A stretch of DNA of 64,000 bases, taken from positions 19,982,871 through 20,046,870 of the forward strand of contig NC_092676.1 of NCBI RefSeq assembly GCF_964355755.1. Direction: 5' to 3'. Origin of the DNA: Antedon mediterranea. Its lineage: Eukaryota > Animalia > Echinodermata. The translations under genes and the position numbers were made by a program. A model generated the notes under the pieces. It was not told the DNA's origin. It was given only the letters and a program-made list of their open reading frames with translations, and did not search any database. Shown in pieces: positions 13,614 to 25,729 of the stretch. Numbering within the stretch: position 1 is the stretch's first letter; every line of letters begins with the position of its first letter.

Positions 13614-15647
13614 AACATAGACATACTTTACTGAGATAATATATTCTTTGAATATTAAAAGATGTAAATCTATTGAGGTGGTGTAAATTTTTTTTTAATA
13701 CATTATATTGTACATTGCAGTGGTCACTGAAGGTTATTTCAAACTTGACCACTGGTCCAGAAAATCAGTTTTTACTGGCCCGAATTTACTGGTCAATGGT
13801 ATTGACAGGTAAATAGAATTTCTGTGAACAATTTACTGGACAGAATGGGGCAGTTATTGGATCAGTTTTACAGATACAGTATGTTTTTACTGGTCATTGG
13901 TCAGCCAGACTTGTATACTGCATTATAAATCAAAATTTTAAAAGCTTTGTGGTTTTCCCAAATATTTTTTCAAATGAATTTAGGACTATGTATTATTAAG
14001 AAAGTTTAAATTTAGATTTCCGGCTTTCAGCATGTCCTTTGTATAAATAAGAAAAGCCATTAAAAATATAATTTGTGTTCTATTTTTGGATAGCAAAATT
14101 GTTCCAATTAATTGTTATAAATAGAATAGTAAATAGAGGCCTAATATTCAATTTATCAACTACTGCATTTAGCCTCAAATAGAACATTTATGTCATAAAT
14201 GACATCAATAGTTGAATTTAAATGTATAAAATTACAAATTTTAATCCTATTTTTTATTTGCACCATTTATCATACCAATCAACATACTTAAAATAATAAC
14301 TTGCACGCTAAATACTATTAATGACGCAAAACTTTTTTTCATTAGAATAATAAATTACTTTTATCTATTTTAAAAAGCAGTGTTGCCACTCATTATGTAT
14401 TAAAATAAAGATAAACATAAAGGCACTATAAATTCTCATGTTTATAAAACAATAATGTGATTACAAGTTTGTAATTCTCTAATTAATAAATGTTTATAAG
14501 TTAAATGAGTTTAACACTTTTAGCAGAGCTGGGTTGGATAATATTGAGATAAGGTATTATATTAGTAATGGTGCAATGAAAATTTAACTGGCATTACAAA
14601 AATGTTTTTTTATTTGTGTTTTTCTATAGTATAAGCTTATAATTTGTGTTGTGTAGATGAAATTATATTTTTATATATTGTTAATCATAGGGTATGTATT
14701 ATGTATGTAAACTCCACTCACTATGCCACGTCCTTGACGTTTATATATACAACAGCTACATACCCATCATACACTATGCAATTCAGCCTTGTAAATTTTT
14801 ATGTGCAATTTTTGAATAAATATTCCGATAGGCCTATAATATAAAGATAGTATAATATTGAAGGCTATTATGTTAACCCTGAAAGTCTAAGCATAAAATA
14901 TAATAGATAATTTAGCTTCGAATCCAATCTTTTTGATCAACATGACGACTTTTAAATGACCTTATTATCCCTGTTTAAAGTCAAATATTCTAAACATTAT
15001 GCCACACCTACCTAAATTAAACCTAAATCCTCAATACTGTAGATATTGTGTAAGTTTATTTTAAGGTCATGTATAAGATCTTATTAATTAGTTTTATAAA
15101 TAAGTATAATTTGTAGTTGGAAGTAAGAGCGTACTTTACCACTGTACATTGATAACTGACTGACATTGTCTTGAATATAATTTTTTTGCTTCCAAAACTA
15201 TTATATTAATATAGATATTAATTATAGATTTTTAATTTTTAATTTATTATATTAAAAAAGGCCTTGGACAGTAGATGAAAGTTGACCTAGAGGTCAAAAG
15301 AATAGAATCATAAATATTTACCCAAAGCCATAAGCATTAACTGTAATTATACATTGTTAATCAATCTATTTATATATATATTAATAATAATTCTTTTATT
15401 GAACTTTTTATAAACCAGGTGTTACTGTATCATAATTATAGTAAAATGTGTATTAAATTGTATAACATTTAGTATTTGGAATTATTATTAGTCTTAATTT
15501 AATTGGGATAATCAACATAGAAGTAGATCAAGATTATGATTAACTTATTTTGTCAAATAAATAATTCATCAATATTTATGATATTTTTGACAAAATAAAT
15601 GGTTGTAAATTGGTCTCCTTTTCACATCGCCATTTAAAAAAGAAAAT

Positions 15648-15855
15648 CTACAGGGCAATACGGACTGGCCCTGTACAGGGCAATACGGACTGACCCTACA
15701 GGGCAATACAGACTGACCCTACAGGGCAATACAGACTGACCCTACAGGGCAATACGGACTGGCCCTACAGGGCAACACGGACTGGCCCTACAGGGCAATA
15801 CGGACCGGCCCTACAGGGCAATACGGACCGGCCCTACAGGGCAATACCGACTGGC
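15648..15855. repeat. 23-bp minisatellite (CTACAGGGCAATACGGACTGGCC)n, about 9 copies
   Basis: Directly visible tandem array. Confidence 0.95.
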
Positions 15856-17167
15856 TCATTTTCCTAAAGTGCCTTTTACTTACAAACCAGATACCAACAT
15901 TGGAAGTGATGTTGCCTATTAAGCTAGCTTATCTCATGATCATTTTTCAGCTTTTAGAAAAGAAAACACACCTTCTATAATAATTCTTGCCTTGCTAAAA
16001 GATGGTTTGGCATTGTGAGATAAATGATACTGTTATTAAAATTCTTTAATATGAATTTACATGGTTTGCCTCTAGCACATTCAAGAGGATTGATCTTTAG
16101 CATTCAAATCTTCAAACATACTAAGATTGATACATGGTGATGATGTTGTTGATGAGAATGACAAAAATGAATAACAACCAATACTCCAAACATAATTTAC
16201 ATAATGATTTCCTTTTTCCCCGATGAATTATGGAACTAGTCCATTAAAGTCCAGGAATATCCTAGGAACTTGTACTGTAACTTTTTATATCTAAACCCTC
16301 CCTCTGGAGAGCATGGGCTATTGTCGGTTTATCCAGGTAAGCTACAGTAGGCATGAAACTTTCAAATTATTACTACTATTCTACAATATTTTGTTTGTTG
16401 CAATATTGCATTATTAGTTTCTACACAAGAAATTAGCATATGGAACAGTGTGGACGTGTACATGGTAAAAATCAATGAATTGATCCATTTTCACGCCAGG
16501 ATTGACTGTCAATTTCGGATGTACAACAGAAGGAGGTTACTGACAATAGGCCTATAATTTACACACACCATTCACGGCTATGCAAAACAAAGTTGGAAAG
16601 AAATGCTTTCATTTTCACTCATTTGTGTAATTTTCAGGCATTTTTATTAGGAAAAAAGGTGAATAAATATCTATATCAATCAATTTTACACTGAAAAATA
16701 CTATTTTTATTAATAATAGTTAGTAAAATTCCTATCTTATAACGTTATGGAAAAGTCATTTAACACCTAGTATTTCACAACGCTTGGAGCTACGCTATAA
16801 AAAAGATAGGCCTAGACTTTTTTGTAGACGCATCATACACAGAGTAGGGCGACATTTATCCATCATTTTGGTTAATACAAGTACTTAAAACGTACTTACG
16901 TGAAAAACTGATGCTTTATTAGATATGAAACAAAATACATTTATATCTTAAATTATGGAATTTGTATTCTAATTTAGGAAAATAAATACACAATCTAAGT
17001 ATAAGCTTAATGTTATTTCGAAAACTGACTTTTAATTTATTCCTAAGTATTTTTGATAATCAACGTATATATAAATCTAAAGACAAAAATAACTGAAAAA
17101 ATTAAAATGTTGTGGGTATCAGTGACTGGATCTCAATGGGGATATTGTCTAACTGTTTGCCTACTAC

Positions 17168-17225
17168 TACTAATAATAATAATTTATAGAGCGCACATAT
17201 TCACAAAGTGCTCAAGGCGCTTGTG
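17168..17225 (-). mobile_element. L2-type LINE/SINE 3' tail fragment
   Basis: Minus strand aagcgccttgagcactttgtgaatatgtgcgctctataaa followed by (TTA)n. Confidence 0.5.
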
Positions 17226-18477
17226 AAAACCATGAGAAATGCAACCATGAAACTAAAAACAGCAAAATATTTTGCAAAAAGGCAAAAAAAAAAACGGAAA
17301 AAAGGAGACCAATCGAACCCACCTCACTGCTTCCGTTTACTGGCTTACTACTACTGTGACTACAGTATATATAAATAAAAGCAATGATGCTAGCAAAATA
17401 ACAAACAACCCTTTTTAATTACTGTACATGCTTAATTAATATTCAACAGAATAGACCATGTTATGTAAACAATTTACTGTAATTATTGGAAAGTAAGTAA
17501 ACACATTAACAGTGTGGGTTGGTATTGACTATTAGTATCTGCTTATACCTAGATAAATATACAAAAGCCTCAGAAACTTCATTTACCACCCTATCCAATA
17601 ACATATTCCATAAATCCCCATCCTCAAATGGAAGGTTAATGTAATCCTATACCAATCATCTTGTAAGTTAAAAGCAGGAAAAAAACTGAGGCCTTTATTT
17701 ATTAAAACAGTTATTGTTATATGAATAAAAACAAATAACAATATGCTAACTACATTACTTCTTTATATTTTACCCAAATTTATTTTAAACTGCGTCATAG
17801 ATAAAAATAATAAATAATTGTGTCAACATATGAAATTAGATCAAACAACATTTTTAAATTAACTAACCAACTGACTACAGATTGTTTTGTCAAAAACAGT
17901 GAACGAATTGCTGGTACCAATGAAATTTATTGAGTGACTATAATATAACAAATTTACTGGTACCTTATTTATCAGATATATTTAATAACCCTAGATTTAA
18001 AATATCTAGAGAGAGCTTGATGAATGGTAAATACAGTATGACCAAATTTATGGTGTGCCAACAAGGACAAATATTTATCATGTTCATTTGGTTTAGGCTA
18101 ATTAGATCCATCACCCAAAGAACATACAGTACCACCCTTTTCCTCCTACCCCATTTTACAATCCCCACAACCTGCACCCATCACAATCCTCTAAGACTGA
18201 TTTAATGGCACTGGCACATTATAGCAATGTCAGACTTGAATTGCTAGCCAATACATGGTTGTAATATCAAATAAAATGTCTAGGCTCAGCAAACTAATAA
18301 CTGGCAGAAATACACAACAGATGACTAACTAAACGGCAGATGTTACCATCATCCGGTGATGTATTCGCCGTCGGTTAAAGAATCGTTAGGCCTAAACTAG
18401 TTTCTGAATTATTAAGTACGGTCGGAAAGAACATGCTTAATTTTGTTATATAATATAATTATCAAGAATAATGTTAC

Positions 18478-18720
18478 CTTAAATTGAAGATGAATCCGAT
18501 TCAGAATATCTGCAGTGTACTTTATGCATCCGGCTGTCAGTGGTCACCCTGTCAGTCACTGGTGGTAGAAATCCATTCACAAATTTACCCTCGACCGCCC
18601 GGCTTACTACTACTACGTAGAAACCAACCAAGTGTCACTCACACAGGTTGTTGGAAAACACGTACTTAGCACACGGTAAATCGTTTACAGTGAAAGTCTG
18701 TCAAACCTCGCTGGCAAGAT
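18478..18720 (-). other. Candidate first non-coding exon of the leftward gene, divergent from TMEM86
   Basis: Locally GC/CpG-richer unique sequence ending in donor AAG|gtaaca; 5' end is uncertain. Confidence 0.3.
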
Positions 18721-19617
18721 TGTATTTGCTTGCAAGGTTGTACAGCTAGCCTTAGTAAATAAACCGGTGAAAGTGGGTCATAAAGTGTACAATACCACTG
18801 TTTATTCTGCACCTTACTTTATGCAGTATGTTTCATATTCTTTGGTTTCATACGCTTGCAACATACACGTTCCGTGAGGGCCTCCTTCCATAGTTCTTTG
18901 CTGGTAAAAATGAATATGCAACATATCGTGATATGAATGAGGTCAAATTTGTTTAAATATTATGAATATTGATTAATTGACTCTAAAGGCCACTGTAGAA
19001 AATAATATTGTAGGATACTATTGTACAAATTATCATTTAATGTTAAAATCAATATATAGTAACAAAATGTATTCTTTAGGCCTATTTGATTGATATTTGT
19101 TATTTATTGTTTATCTAAAACCTGTTTATTTTCACTCATTTAACTGCGCATGGCCTACTAATTAATTAATTTATTATTCAACAATTACCAATCAAACAAA
19201 ACTATTATTTAATATACTATTGACTAATTATTTGTATACTATCTTAGGTGTAGGCTACAGTATTCAATAATTTCCCACAGTAATGTACACTATCATCGTG
19301 TCGTTTTTAATACAATAAATAATTTAAATGTAACAAAATATTTAAACAAAATATACATAGGCCTGAATAAGAATTAGAGAGGAAGGGAATATATTAGTAG
19401 GCCTAGTGTCGCGATTCATTTCTCGATGAATTCAGGAATAATTTTATTCATTCAAATTCAAGGATTGAGTATTTAAAACCTCTATATACAGTATATATTT
19501 TCAAGAAACACCTTGCAGAAGATAGAAGTTTGATTACATAATATGATTAAAACAAGAACGCATTTTATATTAAAATCTCATTTGAAGCTGGCATATTTCC
19601 ATAGCAACTATATAAAG

Positions 19618-19735
19618 TAATGACGTCATAAACCCGCGTAGTTAAGCTACCTATAACGGAAGTAATGACGTAATATACCCATACATATTTATGTGGAAAC
19701 GTTTTTCCACTCCATCTATTCTAGGGGGCGCTATT
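19618..19735. promoter_or_regulatory. CRE / ETS-CRE / CTCF-like motif cluster
   Basis: TGACGTCA at 19621, CGGAAGTAATGACGTAA near 19657, TTCTAGGGGGCGCTA near 19719. Confidence 0.35.
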
Positions 19736-19757
19736 GATAAATTAATACAAATATTAA

Positions 19758-20566
19758 AGATGTAATGTCCCTTGAAACACAAAAAATGAAAAAAAAAATA
19801 TTCTAAATTTAAATTGGCCATATCAAAGTAATATTAAAGTTATTCACTTTAAGTAGAAAACACAACAAGTTCACGTAATTAACAGGTAAATTAATTTGAT
19901 TAAATTTCGTCTGGAAAATCGTCACGAGTGAAAGTAAACAAAGATTTCAAACCATTAGTATACAAATAATGAATGTTTATGAGTGCAATGGTACAAATAA
20001 TGGCACGAGGTGAATGATGAAAGGTTATATCAACGAGGCAAAGCCGAGTTGATATAACCTTTCATCATTCACCAAGTGCCATTATTTGTACCATTACACG
20101 AATACAAAACATTCATTATTTGTTTTATATAACATCTAGACGTTTTTTTTTCGTACACAAAAATGTTTCAAAAAGTACTATTTAACGATCGTTGAATAGT
20201 GCGTACTATTGCACGCCATGTGACCCACATTCGTCCAATCAAATGACAGGAATTTATATAGGTGTTATATAATATGCATTATGCATGATGCTAATTAGGA
20301 TTGTTTACAACTCGTCGCGGTTGAGAAGGTGTTTTCACACAGATCGCGAAGAAGTTTTATGATTATGCATACAGAGTAGCCAAACAAGCGCGTTGCATTA
20401 TGAGATATGTTTTGATCGAAAAGTAATTTTTTGAACAAAAAAACGTCTGTATTTCGGTTAAATTATTTATGGTGAAAGTTAATAACTATTATTATACTTC
20501 AAAATGACCCACTTTTTTTCAAAATATTACATTTTTTTTCTAATTAGTCAAAGGGACAATACATCT
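19758..20566. mobile_element. Kolobok-like MITE containing a nested palindromic element
   Basis: TTAA|AGATGTAATGTCCCTT...AAGGGACAATACATCT|TTAA (15/16 TIR match). Confidence 0.8.
19960..20273. mobile_element. Crypton-like non-autonomous palindromic element
   Basis: About 75-bp-arm hairpin 19962-20123 centred on CAACGAGGCAAAGCCGAGTTG, then TTATATAACA...CCAATCAAATGACAGGAAT...TGTTATATAA. Family assignment is from recalled resemblance. Confidence 0.6.
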
Positions 20567-21939
20567 TTAATATTAACTCAAATTTCATACTTAAAAAATG
20601 GCAGTAGGCCCACCATCGGACAATTACACGGTGAGTGTAAAAGTGAAAATCGGAATAAAAATTGTTTTAAATATTGAAACCTCCCGCGATTTTTGAGAGT
20701 GAGGTTTATAGTAAATATTATGTTCTGTTTTCCCGCTTCTATTTACGCGTTTAATTCGGCTGAACATTTGGAAATCACGTTATTCTTTTCATAAACAATA
20801 ATTATCATCCTAAAAAAACGCAGCAATCTCAGAAAAAATACAACACGAACTGAGTAGCAGTCAATTTATTGATATGATGACGTTTTGTCAGTACCAAATA
20901 GCCAGTTTGTTAAATGCACAGGTAGACCTATTTAAACGAAAAATTATGATGAGAAACAACAGCGTTATTTTTTACTTGCTAATCCAGAAATATCAATATA
21001 TACAGTGCTATTCACAATTTAATAATCGAAGAAGAGAACAATACAACGATAATAACTTTAATATATATGGCTCTGAATTCTACGATGTTATGTCGCCCTC
21101 TCTAAAACTATAAAAAAATAGGTAGAGATAAAGAAAGATATAAAATACGGTACATATTTTATCTTTATTTATCTCTATCTATTTCTATATCAACCATTCG
21201 GTGTACGTCTGCACGACACATCACTTTTTACACTTAGCCTAAACTATAAAAAAAATGTCCATAAAGTTGTTATTGAATAGTTTTTATTGTTTCAAAATTA
21301 AAATGGTTTAATTCATTTACAACAAAGATAAGTAAAGATGAATTTATATGGCGCATGTCGCATCTTTAAGCAGTCACGTACAAGTTTCCAGGTGTTAAAT
21401 TTGATTTTATTTATTTGCATCTTATTAAAAAATACATATTAAGATAACGAATATTTATATATAGGGCCTAAATACAATTTAAAAAAAAACAAAGAACATT
21501 AAAATGTAATAGTGTAGGTATGTAGTAGTAGTATGGTACGGAACATGCGTTTCATACAAATAAATTAATTAAATGATAAATTGGGGAAACTTTACTGTAT
21601 AACAATATTTTTAATTGCTAAATTACATGGAATTTCCAGTTAGAACTAGGCGTAATTGTATTAACTTATTTTGCACCGCAATAAATAAGTTGCAGGAAAA
21701 TTATAATATTTTGTCGGTTGTAGGCCCCTACAAAAAGTTGAACAAACTTCATTCAATATTATTATTTATTATTATATCAATATCCGCATATGAAATTTCC
21801 AGTTAATTATTTGACACCGCAATCAAATTCCTAGTACTGTACTTTTTAGCATTCCTAAATACCGTATGACGCGGACCTTCTCACTTTACTTGCCCTATTT
21901 TTATCTTCTTTGTAATAATGGACGAGTCCATAGAAATCA

Positions 21940-22045
21940 ATCAGCCACGTGATCAAAACATCATTGACGTAATCTCTGTGACGTTGCAGCCAGAGGTAAA
22001 CACTATCACATGCTATAATCTATAAGAACCATTGCGCAGTTAGTG
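21940..22045 (+). promoter_or_regulatory. TMEM86 proximal promoter motifs
   Basis: CACGTG E-box, TGACGTAA, TGACGTTG and ATTGCGCA within 170 bp upstream of the ATG. Confidence 0.4.
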
Positions 22046-22111
22046 ACCAACTGTAACCATCGAGTTTTTACTGCTTTAAAATATAATATATTGTAATTAA
22101 CTGTCAGAAAA

Positions 22112-23482
22112 ATGATGAGGAATCGTTTGGTAAGTTGTTTCTGTTTCTCTATACATAGATTAGATTCAAAGAGTGTTTAAAACACTGGACAATGTTAGGC
22201 TGACTGAGAGTGAGCTTACTTAGTTAGTATGGTGCATGGACTCGTGTTCAGACCACCAGGAAGACGATAAGATAAGCACACACATTGCATGTGCTATTAG
22301 TATTAGCCGTGATGATAGTTCCTATTTATCTTTAAATCTTTCATTTAACTTTATTTTAAAATTCATAAAATATGTTCTAGTGAGTGAATAGTTTTAAAAA
22401 TAACTTGTCCTGTTAGGCCTACTATATTAACCAACCAGACACAGGGTGTTACAGAACAATATCTTTTTGTTTTTGGTTTATTAACAAAGAAGAACCATGC
22501 TGCAGTTCACAAGCCACAAATGCCCAACGTCGTTACCTGACCTGTTGGGTTAATTCAGGAACAATGGGTATAATATGTGTTTACATTTATACAAAATAGC
22601 CTTCAATTATTAATCATTATTATATGAAAGTGTCCCCTTAAAATGAGGGTTTCTACTGTGTGCTGGGAAAAGGAGGTTCTCTTACCAAAAAAAATATTTT
22701 CCTGAATTCTACAAATTTTCTTCCAATACATGGTTACATTGTTGATTAAACAATTCTTTTTTATTTGTTTTCAGATAAAATCTGTTGGACCAAAACTCCT
22801 TCCTTTTCTCCTAAGCTCAATCTTATATTTTGCACTGCAGCCGCAAAAGTGGGAGCCATCACCTTACAGAATCTTCTTCAAATGCTTACCAATAGTCAGC
22901 CTATGTTTCTTTGTTCTATCCTACTATTTCTCAATTAAAAAACGTTATTCATCTCTTATACTTGTCGGACTTACTCTCTCATGTGTGGGTGATGCGTGTC
23001 TGATATATTGCGAAAACTTCTTCATCCACGGACTTCTATTTTTTGCGATGGCACACCTGACGTATATCATCGCGTTTGGTGTATCCCCCGCAAAATGGTC
23101 AGTCTTATGTGTCTGTGGTTTTCTCGGCCTTTCTATTTACCTCTTCATGCTTCCAGGACTACAGAACGAGATGATATTCCTAGGTGGTTTATACATCCTG
23201 CTGATCCTGATCATGGCATGGCGTGCTGTCGCAAGACTACAAGTATTCGAGAAAATGTGGACATGGACAAAGATTTGTGCGACTGTCGGTGCTATTTTAT
23301 TTTGCATTTCAGACTTTGTTTTGGCTGTGAATAAGTTCAGGTTCCCTGTGCCCTACCACCAGGAGATAATCATGGGCACATATTACACAGCCCAGCTTGG
23401 CCTTGCGTTATCAGTCGTGGAGTTGTCGTCACGTGGGGATGAAAATACTGCTCAAGTTTGCAGTAAAAAGAAGGAAAATTGA
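22112..23482 (+). CDS. TMEM86A: Lysoplasmalogenase-like membrane hydrolase, TMEM86/YhhN family; exons 22112-22129 and 22775-23482, 241 aa
   Basis: ATG ATG AGG AAT CGT TTG|gtaagt joins tttcag|ATA in frame, giving MMRNRL-IKSVGPKLLPF. Family motifs KCLP, GD, GLLFFAMAHLTY, MAWRA, GAILFCISD, NKF and TYYTAQ; multiple transmembrane helices. The A versus B paralog label is not meaningful in an invertebrate. Confidence 0.92.
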
Positions 23483-25564
23483 TTAATGTGTTTTTAGTAA
23501 TTTATTAAAGTAAATTTCTCTAAATAAATTAACAATATCATATTTTATAAATTAATATGTTTGATAATATGTACAGCGGTAATAGAAAGCAGATAAAATG
23601 AAGGAATAACAAGTTTAATAAGCTTATTAAAAAGTAAAACTTGACACACTAAATAAGTCGTAGACTCGGGTACCCCGAGTAAAAAGTACAGTCAGAACCG
23701 TAGCCATGTGACTTAAAGTGGGTTAAACTCTCTGACCTGGGGAGGGGGGGGGGGTGTCTGGTGGAACTCCTGGATCCTAAATGAAAGAGCTATTAGCATT
23801 TATACGGCACATTTTAAAGATATTATTGGGGATTACGACCTTGTCTGTGCTAAAAATAGCCCACAGAGAGCTATTTTTTTAAAAAAAACAATCTGTTGTT
23901 TCTAGCTTACCCTAATTGGTCCATGTAATTTTTCCCTGAATTTATTTTGTTTTTCTTGCCTGGCTAGCATTGGGTTATACTAGCAACTTAAAGGATACCC
24001 TGCTGTTCTATTGCCACATGACATGGTAACGTGAACTACCTCTCTGGCTTGCTACATATTTTCTGTTGAAGAATTCTAATTTTTAAGCAAGTGGTCATGA
24101 CTAATAGTTTGCTAAAATTATCTTGGCTTCCATCCACTTTATTCTAATTTTAGTATTTTCTCTTGAGTAGTTACTTGAAGATTTATAACTTCTCTTCTTT
24201 TGCCTGGTGAGGAAAACTACTAGCAAAGCAAAAGGTTGGCAAACCTGAATTCAACAGTGTTATACTTTCTAAAATTACATTCAGCTCTGTTTGAATGTGG
24301 GTATACACAATGCACTGTCAGTTGTAACTATTTATAATCATTATATATGATTACAATAATTTTGTAGTCAAGTATTTTTCTACTAGAAGTTTACTTTCAA
24401 TTTGTCCACATTTATTATACTGTATATTGATGTACTGTATCATATTCGTGTAATGGTGTTAATTAAAAGTAATAATATTTATGTAATTATTCTAGGCCTT
24501 ATTTTCACTTACTCTGAAATTTCATGGCCCATAAAGATAATATAGATTTCATAACATGTTTTGTAACCATACAATTTGAAATGATTGTTGTTTATGACGG
24601 AAATGATTGTACAGTTTATCGTTTCGTAATCATTATTTCTTGAATTAACGATGCAAATTTCGAAGAAGGAAGAGTCTACTAAAATTTATTGGAAAAATTT
24701 GTTTTTGCTTTGTTCCTGCTAATTAAAAAAAAAAGAATGATTAGATAGTACTGTATAACCATATATGGACCTGCCATAAAATCACATGTCTAAACTAAGC
24801 TACTGTACTGTAGATAGAGATATCTTAAAATAGCTTTATATTTACTTTATTGATAAATTAAATGATATTTTTATATTTCATTGATTATATGAAGCAATAA
24901 TAGATTAATGTATTGTGTCGTTATTATCTTAAGTGATATTACTGTTTGATATTTCATAATTGAACTCCTAAAATAGCCTTTTGGTTGTGTAGAATGAGTT
25001 GTGTTTGCTATTACCGTTGATTTTGCAATACTGTGAAAACAATGCGATCATAAAAGGTCATACAGGTTTGATGTGGTAAAATAGATTCCATCTGCTACAA
25101 ATTGGTAAAGGAAAAATGTGTTTTATTATTTGAATGCATAGTTTAATATACAATGTACTTCCAGTATAATAAAAAGATATAAGAAGTCGAACAAGCACAA
25201 ATAATTTGGCATTCTTTAATTTGTACAACAGCTTGTTGTAGATTTACAGTATAAATAAATAAATAAATTTAAGTATAAATTAGTCACCCATTATAATATT
25301 AGAGGAAACATTTTTCCATATATTTCTATTTCTAAGTACAATATACAGTAAAATAGAGAGAGAAAACAAAAGAGTATAACTTACCTTTTTTAAAAACAAG
25401 AACAAGTCGATTTTGCATATAATTTTATATTCTTATTTTCCCAACATTACAAGTTTTGTTTTTCACGATAAAGTATTTATGCTAAAATTCAGTCCAACCT
25501 TAATTCATTCTCAATTTTTTAAGAGTGCAAAATATTTTACAATAAAAGGTTTAGAAAGGTTTGA

Positions 25565-25729
25565 CAGTGGCGGATCAAAGATTTTGAAATAGGGGGAAGG
25601 GCGTAAAAGTAGTGCAATGAAGTATTGAACTTCATTTGATGTACTATCTTTTGTTTTACAATTTGTGAAATTTAGAGGTGGCCCGGGCTGGTTGGCCACC
25701 CCCCCTCCCCCTCCTTGAATCCGCCCCTG
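25565..25729. mobile_element. Short MITE with CAGTGGCGGATC...GAATCCGCCCCTG ends (hAT-like termini)
   Basis: TIRs visible. Degenerate relatives at about 6882-7001, 27139-27287 and 27881-27995. Confidence 0.55.

Noticed and set aside
22730-22774. ORF-track N-terminus MVTLLIKQFFFICFQ of TMEM86
   Set aside because: This is the intron's pyrimidine tract and acceptor; the upstream mini-exon 22112-22129 supplies a better start.
22996-23334. 112-aa overlapping ORF within TMEM86
   Set aside because: Alternative-frame shadow with a non-ATG start and no recognisable motif.
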